From Candidatus Marinacidobacterales bacterium (GTDB lineage Bacteria; Acidobacteriota; Vicinamibacteria; Marinacidobacterales; SMYC01), in NCBI GenBank assembly GCA_965237955.1, contig OZ250169.1:1568001-1632000 (forward strand): 64,000 nucleotides of DNA. Reading direction: 5' to 3'. The notes beneath the pieces were generated by a model. It saw only the letters and a list, made by a program, of their open reading frames with translations. It made no database searches and was not told where the DNA came from. Position 1 is the first letter of the stretch, and each line of letters starts with the position of its first letter. Position numbers and translations under genes: made by a program. This document shows, in pieces, positions 13,392 to 22,950 of the stretch.

Positions 13392-14837
13392 GGAGATGCC
13401 CCTGAGATAGTTGAAGGTTAGGAGTGGCGGCTCCTAAGGCCGGGTTCGATAGAATCCGGCTGTGAAGGAAAAAGAAAGGAGCCACCACGATGGTCAAATT
13501 ACCAAATCATCGATGCGAAGAACAGGAAGAAGCTTCGAGAGATACTGAGCTCGAAGGGGCAAGCTCTGTTGCCGTTCTTGGATGCGATTGAGCGAACCGA
13601 GATAGCGATCGACGAAGTGATCGACGTTGCTGGCCGAGCGACGATCGAAGCGGTCTTGGATCTGTCAGCCCAAAGTGTGGCTGGGGAGAAACACCCGGGG
13701 AAGAAGGGTAGCGATGTTCGCTGGCACGGCCGGCAGGGTGGCGTAGTAAGCCTTGCGGAGCGGAAGTTGAGAGTGAGCCGGCCACGTCTGCGGCGTAAGG
13801 GAAAGGCAGAGGGAGGGGAGGTTGCGATTCCTGCCTACGAAGCGGTGAACAACTCGTCTCGGCTGAGCCAACGCATCTGGGAAATCCTGATGCTGGGTGT
13901 GTCGACGCGCAAGTACGCGTCGGTTCTTCCCGAGATGGCGGAGACGGTAGGGGTTAGCAAGAGCGAGGTGAGCCGTGAGTTCGTGGAAGCAAGCGCGGAG
14001 CAGTTGCAGGGGCTGATGGAGCATCCGCTGGACGAGCTGGAGATCGCGGTCGTGTACCTGGACGGGATTCGCTTCGGCGAGCACCACGCGCTGGCGGCAA
14101 TCGGCGTAGATACAGAGGGATACAAACATGTTCTGGGGCTTCGGGATGGAGCATCGGAGAACCAGATAGTGTGCAAGGCGCTGCTGGAGGACCTGGTCGA
14201 ACGAGGCCTGAGCCCAGAGCGGTGTCGGCTGTTCGTGATCGATGGCTCCAAGGCGCTACGGGTCGCCGTCGACGCTGTGTTCGGTACCCACAACAAGGTC
14301 CAGCGTTGCAGGAAGCACAAGGAGCGCAATGTGCTCGGTTATCTGCCGCAGGAGCTGAAGCCGCAAGTGCAAGCGAGCCTGCGTTCGGCCTGGCAGCTCC
14401 CAGCAAAGAAGGGCAAAGCGCGGTTGGAGCAACAGGCGAAGTGGCTCGAGGACGACTACCCCTCGGCGGCGGAGAGCATCCGGGAGGGGCTCGACGAGAT
14501 GTTCACCATCAACGAGCTCGACCTCCCCGCATCTCTGAAACGCTGCCTTGGATCGACGAACATCATCGAGTCGTGCTTCAGCGGTGCGCGAGGTCGTACC
14601 CGTCGCGTCACCCGCTGGCGCAATGGCAAGATGGTTCTGAGATGGGCCGCTTCGGCTCTGCTCGCCACGGAGAAAAATTTCCGTCGTATCATTGGATACC
14701 AATCGCTACCGATCCTCGAAGCGAAGTTAGCGGAGGTCACTGAGAATCAAGCGCTCGACAAGCACGCCAAAGTCGGGTAAACCATGTGTCAGGAGCCGCC
14801 ACCACCTCGAACCTTCAACTATGGTGGGGGCACCTCC
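13392..14837 (+). mobile_element. IS256-family insertion sequence, complete, 9-bp TSD
   Basis: Imperfect TIRs: left GGAGATGCCCCTGAGATAGTTGAAGGTT..GGCGGCTCCT, right (rc) GGAGGTGCCCCCACCATAGTTGAAGGTT..GGCGGCTCCT. Direct repeat GAGGGGAGG at 13383-13391 and 14838-14846. Confidence 0.93.
13490..14780 (+). CDS. IS256-family (Mutator-type DDE) transposase; apparent +1 frameshift in the first codons
   Basis: GVSTRKY, VYLDG, FVIDGSKAL, VQRCRKHKERNV, STNIIES. AAGGAG RBS and ATG at 13490 are one base out of frame with the 13569 ORF (AAA at 13496-13498). Confidence 0.92.
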
Positions 14838-15040
14838 GAGGGGAGGGGCGATTGCCGGCAGTAGGATCCAGCAGTACTACGGCCACGCCTTGGAGCGTCT
14901 CTGCGAGGACGGAATGGACGCTATCCTCGAGCGTCTGGACATTGCCTTGGCCGATATCGTCGAGATGGGGCCCTTCTTCCAGCAGTCGCGCGGCCAGCAG
15001 GAGGGACTGCAGATCGACTGGATGATCCTACGCCGGGACC
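14838..15040 (+). pseudogene. Fragment resembling the C-terminal region of an AAA ATPase / PD-(D/E)xK (DUF234-like) protein, interrupted by IS256
   Basis: YYGHALERLCEDG..LQIDWMILRRD pattern immediately right of the TSD. Confidence 0.45.
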
Positions 15041-15049
15041 GTCTGGACG

Positions 15050-15385
15050 GAGCTCTTGCGAGGGCGGTTGTGGGGCGGGCTTCGCTTGCCGTGCCGGCAG
15101 CTTGCGGATCACGGTCGGGGCATCCGGCTTCGGCGCAATCTCGACCACCAGTTCTTTGATCGCAGCCTTCGTCTTGTGGGTCGCTCGCGCTAGGAGCTCA
15201 TCGCGATTCTCGTCCGTTAGATGCGATGCGATCTCGACGATACCGCTCAAGTGCAAGCGTCCGTCCGCAAGCATTGTCAGCAGCATCGGATGTCTCCGCG
15301 ACGCACGAGCGACGCCTATCCGCAGATAGGCCTCTGCCTTCGACAAGTGCAACACATCGATGCAGTACTGAAACATCGAAGGCGA
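15050..15385 (-). pseudogene. Internal fragment of a DUF222-like/HNH endonuclease gene
   Basis: SMFQYCIDVLHLSKAEAYLRIGVARASRRHP..LADGRLHLS..HLTDENRDELLARATHKTK; both ends missing. Confidence 0.65.
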
Positions 15386-15414
15386 CGCTTCGCGCGCGAA
15401 CAGTCGCCGCGCGT

Positions 15415-15948
15415 CGACTTCGAGTCGGCAGCCCTTTGTCCATCAACGCGCTTCGCGAAGATCTCGACGTGAGCCACAAGACCGTCAGCAAATGGCTGGA
15501 CATCTTCGAACGCCTCTACGCGATCTTCCGGCTCTCGCCTTTCGGCGCACCCAAGCTATGGGCCGTCAAAAAAGAACGGAAGCACTATCACGCAGATTGG
15601 ACTGTCGTACCCGACGAGTCGATACGGTTCGAGAATCTCGTCGCCGTTCATCTTCTGAAATGGGTGCATTTCCAACAGGACGCCAAGGGTCGCGAGCTGG
15701 AGCTTCAATACTTTCGCGACGTAGATGGACGCGAAGTCGATTTCGTCGTCGCCGAACGGCGAAGGCCCATTCTCTTCCTCGCGTGCAAGTGGAAAGACGC
15801 GAACGTGACCAAGGGTCTGAACTATCTCAAAACCCGGTTCCCCGATTGCGAAGCGCTCCAGATTCACGCTATGGGGAAGAAAGACTACGAGACGTCACGC
15901 GGCGTGAGAGTGGCCCCAGCCGTCGACTTCCTGTCGACGCTCGTGTGA
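15415..15948 (+). pseudogene. 5'-truncated AAA_14/DUF4143-type ATP-binding protein gene
   Basis: RVGSPLSINALREDL, KKERKHYHADW, RFENLVAVHL, YFRDVDGREVDFV; no Walker motifs upstream. Confidence 0.75.
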
Positions 15949-15989
15949 GACACGATCGGGCAGGTCGCCGCCGAACGACTCCTGCCTGG

Positions 15990-16730
15990 TCAAGATGCCT
16001 CCGACAGCTGGCGGAGCATCTCCCTGGCTTTCTTGGCAAGACCCCGCTGGCGGCGCTTCATGTACTTCGGGGCATACTCGAACTCCTGGAGCGCGGTGGC
16101 GAGCTGGGCCTGCGCTTCATCGCGATTTTCGGCGAGGCCGAGATAGTAGGCGTAGGCGATCCGGTGTTGCAGGCGGGGGCTCGTCTTGACGAGCCGAGAC
16201 AAGACGTCGATGGTCTCGGGCCGACGTTCCAGTTTCCACAGCGCGTGTGCCAGCTTGGCCCAGCCGTCGTAGTCGTGGTGCCGAGGATCGATATCGACCA
16301 GCCGGCGCAGGTGTTCGACCGCCCCCTTCTCGTCGCCGAGGCCGATCCTGGAAACCCCCAGTCCGTAGAGGGCGTCGCACGAATTGGAATCCATCTCGAG
16401 CGCTCGTTCGAAGAGCTTGGACGCCTCCTCATATTCGTCCGCGTCGTGGAGGGCCTGAGCCAAGCTCACCTGGTTGGCCAAGCTGGGTGTCTGCTCTGCA
16501 TTGTGCCGGAGCTCTTGGATGGACGCGGGCCTATCGAGGAGGGAGCCGAACGGAGCTTTCAGCCATGCAAAATCGGGGTCGTGGATCTTGTACTTGAAAA
16601 AGTAGAACCATTCCCCGAAGGGCATGAGGATGACCCAATACCAGTAGCGAGGGATGCCGGGCCGGCCGATGGCATCCACGAGCATCCAAACGCTGAACGC
16701 AGATTGGAGCAACACCAGTAGCCGGGGCAT
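15990..16730 (-). CDS. Membrane-anchored tetratricopeptide repeat protein
   Basis: N-terminal hydrophobic segments (YWYWVILMPFG) followed by several TPR-like helical repeats. Confidence 0.8.
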   Translation of the reverse strand: MPRLLVLLQSAFSVWMLVDAIGRPGIPRYWYWVILMPFGEWFYFFKYKIHDPDFAWLKAPFGSLLDRPASIQELRHNAEQTPSLANQVSLAQALHDADEYEEASKLFERALEMDSNSCDALYGLGVSRIGLGDEKGAVEHLRRLVDIDPRHHDYDGWAKLAHALWKLERRPETIDVLSRLVKTSPRLQHRIAYAYYLGLAENRDEAQAQLATALQEFEYAPKYMKRRQRGLAKKAREMLRQLSEAS

Positions 16731-17055
16731 GTACAGAAATTTCCTTCAGGTTGCGGGAAGCAGAGTCGCGTCATTTAATGGTAGGGACCTGGCCCGAGGC
16801 CGTCAAGCGCTACCTACGGGCGCTATACGTGGGCTTTGAGCGTTCCGACCGTGTCCTGAATCGCACACACGACCGCGGGAATCCCCGCGCAGAACGCGAC
16901 CTCGCCGATGTCCTGGCACCCACCGGTTTCGCGTGGTAGAGCTTCTGCGTGAACGGGATACCCCACTTCGGGTCGTACACCAACGCATCCACGACCATCT
17001 CGCCGGCACCAAGGTCGTCGAGGCTTAGCGGGCATCCATGAGACAATAGCCTCAG

Positions 17056-17837
17056 GTGCAGACCGCCCAACCACTGAGCAACCGCACGTATTTGGAAACC
17101 CCGGAAAACGTGCGGCTCGCGTTTCGCCTTGCCGGCCCGGGCACGCGCTTGGGCGCCTACGGGATCGATCTGGTGATCCGCATCGCCATTTTCTACGGGA
17201 TCGCCTACGTTCTGACCCTACTCCAACCTTTCACGGGAGCGGATCTGACAACGGGCGTGTTCTTCGTCCTGGCGTTTGTTCTCGAGTGGGGCTACGGCGC
17301 GTTTTTCGAAACCTGGTGGAACGGCCAGACGCCGGGAAAGCGGACCCTCGGTCTGAGAGTGATCAAGACCGAAGGCTACGCCATCGGCTTCTACGAAGCG
17401 ATGCTGCGCAATCTTCTGCGAGCCGCCGACTTCGTACCTCTGTTCTACGCAGCCGGGTTTATCGCCGCGATCTCGACCTCTCGCATGCAGCGTATCGGAG
17501 ACATCGTCGCCGGAACGATGGTCATTCTAGAAAAACGCCCCGAGCTGAAAGGCGACCTCGCAGGGTTGACAGACTACGACGCGTTCCCGCTGACGGAGTT
17601 CGAGCATCGCTTCCGCCCGTCGGAGAAAACGCTCGAAGCCATCGAGGCACTGTTTCGCCGGCGTCTCGAGCTCGCTCCCGCCCGGGTCGACGAGATCGCC
17701 TCGGTGCTCGCGGAGCCTATCGGAAAGCGTCTCCTTACCTCCGGGCAGCGGCGCTACGCTCACGAGAAGCCGAGCGTTTTTTGTTTCGCGTTCTCAGGAG
17801 CGCGCGCGGCACCTCATCCGAGGCGCAGGCCGCATGA
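17056..17837 (+). CDS. RDD family membrane protein (frameshift near 3' end in T6 run at 17777-17782)
   Basis: LETPENV..LAGPGTRLGAYGID, WNGQTPGKR, LRNLLRAAD, QRIGDIVAGT. Restoring one T gives a stop overlapping the next ATG. Confidence 0.88.
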
Positions 17838-18951
17838 ACAAGCAAACGTTTCTCCGCGAGCGAGAACCGGTTTGGGCACGTTTCGAGTCTCTTCTCGACC
17901 GTGCGGGATCGCCAGCACAGACGAAGCTGTCTTCTGCTGAAGTCAGTGAGCTCTCCGAGCTCTTCCGCGCCCTCTGCTATGATCTCGCCCAAGTCCGCTC
18001 GCGCGATTGGGGCTCGTCCATCGAGAGATACTTGAACGACCTCGTGGTGCGCGGTCACAGCGCGTTCTACGGCGCGAAGCCCTTGAAACGCGGTCGCGTT
18101 CTCAGCTTTTTCGCTCGCGGCTTCCCGCAGCTGTTACGACAAAACCATAGATTTTTCTGGGCCGCGTGCGCGCTGTTCGCGATCCCATGGCCGTTAGCTG
18201 GACCGTGGTCGCCTCCGATCCGAGCCTCGCCCACCGAGTCCTGCCCGGCTCGATCCTCTACACGATGGAAGAGATGTACGCGCAGGACTTCGACGATCTC
18301 GACAAGGAAGGTCTCGGGCAAGAACGACAAGATCGGCAAGACGCGGCGATGGCGGGATTCTACGTGCGCCACAACACGTCGATTGCGTTCCAGTGCTTCG
18401 CACTTGGATTTTTTCTCGGGCTCGGCACCATCTACGTGCTACTGTCGAACGGCATCCAGCTCGGAACGGTTGCAGGCTACGTCCTAGTCCCCTGGATCTT
18501 TGATTACTATACAAAGTTAGGCTTTTCGCCAGCCCATAATATTCATAAGATTCATGCACTTAGAAGGGTTTCGGCAAGCTCTGCTTTATCTAGTTTGTTC
18601 TGATACAGGGGACTAGCCCAAGGGCACGGAGAACGATTCCTCGGTTTCGTCGCCTCGCATAGCTCGTTCGAGCTCACCGCGATCGTCGTCTCCGGCACCG
18701 CCGGTCTCGTGCTCGGCCATGCGATCGTCGCACCGGGCAATCGATCGCGTGTCGACGCGCTGCGCGTGCGCGGTCTCGTCGCCGTGCAGCTCGCGCTCGG
18801 CGCAGCCGGAATGCTCTTCGTGGCCGCGACGGTCGAGGGTTTCTGGTCGGCGCAGCCGCTGCCTCCGATGGTGAAGTACTCGGCGGCCGCGGTTCTCTGG
18901 ATCGCCGTGATCGGATATCTCGGCTTTGCCGGTAGAGGGCGTCACGCATGA
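17834..18951 (+). pseudogene. Stage II sporulation protein M (SpoIIM/DUF95) family membrane protein, disrupted by a frameshift (~18185) and a MITE
   Basis: Reconstructed: LCYDLAQVRSR..YLNDLVVRGH..FYVRHNTSIAFQCFALG..GYVLAQGHGERFLGFVASHSSFELTAI..AATVEGFWS. Confidence 0.88.
18484..18616. mobile_element. 125-bp AT-rich MITE-like insertion flanked by duplicated CTAG
   Basis: CTAG at 18484-18487 and 18613-18616. Bipartite 29-bp TIRs: TCCCCTGGATC-N7-ACTATACAAAG vs rc TCCCCTGTATC-N7-ACTAGATAAAG. Excision restores GYVLAQGHG. Confidence 0.9.
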
Positions 18952-19775
18952 GATTGGAAGGCGCGACCCTCGCGCTCGAGCCGCGTTCGGTGGGCGAGTG
19001 CATCGATCTCGCCGTCCTCTTTTATCGCCGACATGCGACCAAGCTCCTGTCGCTCTCGCTTCTCTTCGGAGCGATTCCCGTAGCGGCCGGCGGCGGCGGC
19101 TCCTCGAGCGGGACGGGATGGCTGTGGTCGGGATTGGCGTTCGTCTTCGTGTCGCCGTTTCTAGGCGCCGCTGTGGTTGCGGGCGCGGGGCACCACGTGT
19201 TCGGCGAGGACTTCACCATGAAAAACGCGCTTCGCCACGTGCGTACCCGCCTCGGCACGCTTGTGCTGTTGCTCCCGGCGGCCCGCCTCGCCTATGGCGC
19301 CGTGAGCACTATGAGTTGGGGGCTCCTGACGGTCCCGGTGGCGACACGCTACGGCTTTTTGTCCGAAGTCGTCATCCTGGAACAGCAGCAGGGATATCGG
19401 ATCGCGAAACGCTGCGAAGAGATTCTGCGCGACATCTACTTGGAAGCGTGCGGTCGCTACACCGCGATTGCGGCCTTCGCTTTCGGCTCGAGCTTGACTT
19501 TGTTCATCCTGATGGATCTCGGCTCCCAAGTCCTCTTCGGAATCCCGGTTTTCGCCGCCAAGGTCTCGTGGGCGGTGGCGGCCAACGATATTCCGAACTT
19601 GCTGGCGTACGATCCGCTGCTCGTCGGGACTCTTTCGGCCACGTGGTGGCTCGTCTATCCTCTTGCGCGCCTCGCCTGGTTTTTTTGTTATTTGGACGCG
19701 CGGGTTCGCAAAGAGGGTTGGGATGTGGAGATCGCGCTTCGGGTCGAAGCGCGGAGGCTTTCGCATGCGTACTAG
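18948..19775 (+). CDS. Conserved multi-pass membrane protein of the MoxR/DUF58 cluster
   Basis: LEPRSVGECIDLA N-terminus, YLDARVRKEGWDVE C-terminus, several TM helices; ATGA coupling. Confidence 0.8.
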   Translation: MRLEGATLALEPRSVGECIDLAVLFYRRHATKLLSLSLLFGAIPVAAGGGGSSSGTGWLWSGLAFVFVSPFLGAAVVAGAGHHVFGEDFTMKNALRHVRTRLGTLVLLLPAARLAYGAVSTMSWGLLTVPVATRYGFLSEVVILEQQQGYRIAKRCEEILRDIYLEACGRYTAIAAFAFGSSLTLFILMDLGSQVLFGIPVFAAKVSWAVAANDIPNLLAYDPLLVGTLSATWWLVYPLARLAWFFCYLDARVRKEGWDVEIALRVEARRLSHAY

Positions 19776-20511
19776 CTTCTTCCTGTGCGCCATCGCCCTA
19801 ACCGCCGCGGTCGAGCTATCGGCGCAAGACGGGGGCTACGAGTACCAGGACAAAGGCTTCGTTCAACAGACGGTCGAAGACGTCATGGCGCGGCCGGAGT
19901 TCGAGCGGCTCCGGGATGCCGAGGATGAGGAAAGCAAAAACCCCGCCTGGCTCGAGCGCATCCTCGACTGGATCGAGCAGTGGCTCGCGGGCGGAAACGT
20001 CCAGCAAGAGCGTGATATGGGTTCAGGCGTCGCCTATCTCGTGTACGCAGTTGCTTTTCTCATCGTCTCTGCCGCTTTGGCTTTCATCCTCAAGTCGGTT
20101 CTCGAATCAGCGAAAGAGCGCGAGCTCGCAAGCGAGCAAGAGCGAGCTCGCCTGGTGCGAGCCGGCGCCGCTCCGGGGGAGACTCCACCCGAGGGTTTTT
20201 GGGCGCGCGCTCAGGAGCTCGCCGCCCGTGGCAACGAGAAGCTCGCGATTCGAGAGCTCCTGTTCGGAGCGATGTCGAGCCTCGAGAGGCGGGGACTCAT
20301 TCGCCATCGACGTGGTTTGACCAACCGCGACTACCTTGGGGCAACGTCGGGCGGCATGCGCGCATCTCTCCGGACGATTGTCACCGCGTTCGAGCGCGTC
20401 TATTTCGGGCGTCGCGCGGCGAGCTCGGAGGGTTTTCGCGAATGTTCCGATGCGTACCGCGAGGGTTTTGGCGTGTCCGATCCTCCGGAGCTAGGGGCCA
20501 AGCCCACATGA
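19765..20511 (+). CDS. DUF4129 domain protein
   Basis: Signal peptide and one TM; C-terminal AIRELL..LERRGLI..GLTNRDY..FERVYFG. Confidence 0.8.
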   Translation: MRTSFFLCAIALTAAVELSAQDGGYEYQDKGFVQQTVEDVMARPEFERLRDAEDEESKNPAWLERILDWIEQWLAGGNVQQERDMGSGVAYLVYAVAFLIVSAALAFILKSVLESAKERELASEQERARLVRAGAAPGETPPEGFWARAQELAARGNEKLAIRELLFGAMSSLERRGLIRHRRGLTNRDYLGATSGGMRASLRTIVTAFERVYFGRRAASSEGFRECSDAYREGFGVSDPPELGAKPT

Positions 20512-21955
20512 ATTTGGTCGGCGGACGCAGCATGGTCGATGCACTCTGGGGCGCGGCATTGGTAGCGCTTCTTCTGTTCGGTTACGGGCTCATCCCTTCG
20601 CCCGATGTGCGCGCGCCGGTCGACTCCTTCAGCGAGGACGCGGCGGGTAAGAAGGCTTTCTTTCTCATCGCGGAGGAGCTCCTCACCGAAGTTGCGCGAA
20701 GCTCGGACTCGCTCATCCCCGACGACGAAAATGCCGACACCCTCGTCATGCTCGGACCGGCACGCTACGCAGCATGGTCGATGCACTCTGGGGCGCGGCA
20801 TTGGTAGCGCTTCTTCTGTTCGGTTACGGGCTCATCCCTTCGCCCGATGTGCGCGCGCCGGTCGACTCCTTCAGCGAGGACGCGGCGGGTAAGAAGGCTT
20901 TCTTTCTCATCGCGGAGGAGCTCCTCACCGAAGTTGCGCGAAGCTCGGACTCGCTCATCCCCGACGACGAAAATGCCGACACCCTCGTCATGCTCGGACC
21001 GGCACGCTACCCGGACCGGGCGCAGTTGCAGACGCTCTACGACTGGGTCTCTCAGGGACGGGCGCTCGTGTTCGCGGCGCGCTGGCAAGACCCCGCGGTG
21101 GAGCTCGAGCCGTTCGGGATCGAGGTCGTGCCCAAGGCGACGACGCCCCCCGATAAGGATGCGAACGACGAAGCCGACGGCACTGACGACACCACGATCG
21201 AGACCGAGCTCGTCGATGTAGCATTCGAGTGGGGGAGCCAAGGCGAAGTCCGGACAACACCAACGGGGGCAACGGACGCAACCGTCGAGCTCAGCGACGG
21301 TGGGTCACCGCAAGTGGTGTGGCGTCCTATCGGCGACGGCGCCATCGTTGTCGTCGCGAGCGACTACATTTTCACGAACCGCTCTCTCACCGCGGACAAC
21401 CACGGGCTTCTCGCATTTCGTATTCTCGAGACCGCGGCTCCCATCGGCCCTGTGTACTTCGACGAAGCCTTGAACGCCGCTGGTGCGCCTCGGGTCGTCG
21501 GTATCTTGCTCGAGGAGCCGTTTCGACTGATGACGATTCAGCTTCTGATCGTCACCTTTCTCTTCGGGTGGATGGCGAGCCGCCGGTTCGGACCTTTACG
21601 CACGAGCGAGGCCGGCGCGCGCCGAAGTCTCGTCGAGCACGCCGAAGCGCTCGGCAACTTGCATTTCAAAGTGGGCTCAGGTTCGAGCCTCGTCGCATCC
21701 TATCTCGAGTTTTTTCGGCGAGAGCTCGGGCTGCGGCACAACCGCGGAGGCGGCGGTGCCCTCGAGCGTGACCCCGCGGCGTCACGCAGCAACACGGAAA
21801 GGGCGGAAGAGGCGGAAGAGATGGATCAGACACTTCTGGAAGCGAGAAGCCCAAACCTTTCCCGCGACCGTGTTGGCGAAACCGTGACGTTCCTGGCACG
21901 ATTGCGAGATGGTTCCGAGTCCCCTGGGAGTCCTAAATGCCGGGAAGTGAAATGA
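20508..21955 (+). CDS. DUF4350-like domain protein; 5' part tandemly duplicated, intact frame from ATG 20774
   Basis: N-terminal TM, DSFSEDAAGKKAF, VYFDE, RRFGP, SLVEHAEALGNL. Confidence 0.75.
20527..21010 (+). repeat. Perfect 242-bp tandem duplication (20527-20768 / 20769-21010)
   Basis: GCAGCATGGTCGATGCACTC...GGCACGCTAC occurs twice with period 242; 2-bp AC microhomology at the junction. Confidence 0.95.
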
Positions 21956-22938
21956 AAGCCACGACCACACCTGAACCGATCACGCTCGAGCGAGTCGCGA
22001 GTCTGTTCGAGGCGACGCAGGCGGAAGTGAGCAAGGTCATCGTAGGTCAGGAGCGGCTCATCGAAAGTGTGTTGGTCGCGCTCTTCGCCGAGGGCAGCGT
22101 GTTGCTCGAAGGTGTGCCCGGGCTCGGCAAGACGCTTCTCGTCAACGTGCTCTCACGAACCGTTTCCTGTGAGTTTCGACGGATCCAGTTCACCCCCGAC
22201 CTCATGCCGTCGGATCTGACCGGGCACAGCGTCTTCGACATGAAGGAGCAGGAGTTCCACTTCAAGCCGGGACCGGTGTTCACGAATCTGCTGCTCACCG
22301 ACGAGATCAACCGCTCACCTCCGAAGACGCAATCAGCGCTTCTCGAGGTCATGCAAGAGCACCAGGTCACCGCCGACGGTCGAACGTACCAGCTTCGCCG
22401 TCCGTTTCTGGTGCTAGCGACACAAAATCCGCTCGAGCACGAAGGAACCTATCCGCTTCCGGTCGCGCAAATCGATCGGTTCATGTTCAAACTTCTCGTG
22501 GAGTATCCGACCGCGGAGCAGGAGAACAGCATTCTCGCTCACTATGCCGCCGGACGCGATCCGCGTGATTTGACCGGCTTCGACCTCACGCCGGTGATGA
22601 ACGCGGACGACGTGATCGCGGTCCAGCGAGCCACCACGGCGGTCATCGTCGAGCCGAAGGTCATTGCCTACATAACCGAGATCGTCGCCAAGACGCGGAG
22701 CTGGCACTCGGTCGCCGTCGGCGCGAGCCCGCGCGGAAGCGTCAACCTTCTCCTGTCCGCGCGCGTCCTCGCCGCCTGCCGCGGACGCGATTTCGTGACT
22801 CCGGACGACGTGAAGGAAGTCGCAACCTGGGTCCTGCGCCATCGCTTGATGTTGCGCTCGGAGGCCGAGATCGAGGGAGAGACGCCGGACGGCGTAGTCG
22901 CACAAATCTTGAGCTCCGTGGCTGCGCCGCAATCGTGA
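21952..22938 (+). CDS. MoxR family AAA+ ATPase
   Basis: LLEGVPGLGKT, RIQFTPDLMPSD, DEINRSPPKTQSALLEVMQE, ATQNPLEHEGTYPLP, GASPR. Confidence 0.95.
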   Translation: MKATTTPEPITLERVASLFEATQAEVSKVIVGQERLIESVLVALFAEGSVLLEGVPGLGKTLLVNVLSRTVSCEFRRIQFTPDLMPSDLTGHSVFDMKEQEFHFKPGPVFTNLLLTDEINRSPPKTQSALLEVMQEHQVTADGRTYQLRRPFLVLATQNPLEHEGTYPLPVAQIDRFMFKLLVEYPTAEQENSILAHYAAGRDPRDLTGFDLTPVMNADDVIAVQRATTAVIVEPKVIAYITEIVAKTRSWHSVAVGASPRGSVNLLLSARVLAACRGRDFVTPDDVKEVATWVLRHRLMLRSEAEIEGETPDGVVAQILSSVAAPQS

Positions 22939-22950
22939 CACCGTGATACC

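Noticed and set aside
12540-17050. Integron cassette array
   Set aside because: No integrase and no recognisable attC (RYYYAAC...GTTRRRY) sites; contents are truncated fragments rather than whole cassettes.
16750-17050. Small CDS between the TPR and RDD genes
   Set aside because: Several short overlapping frames on both strands, none with a recognisable motif or clear start; left unassigned.
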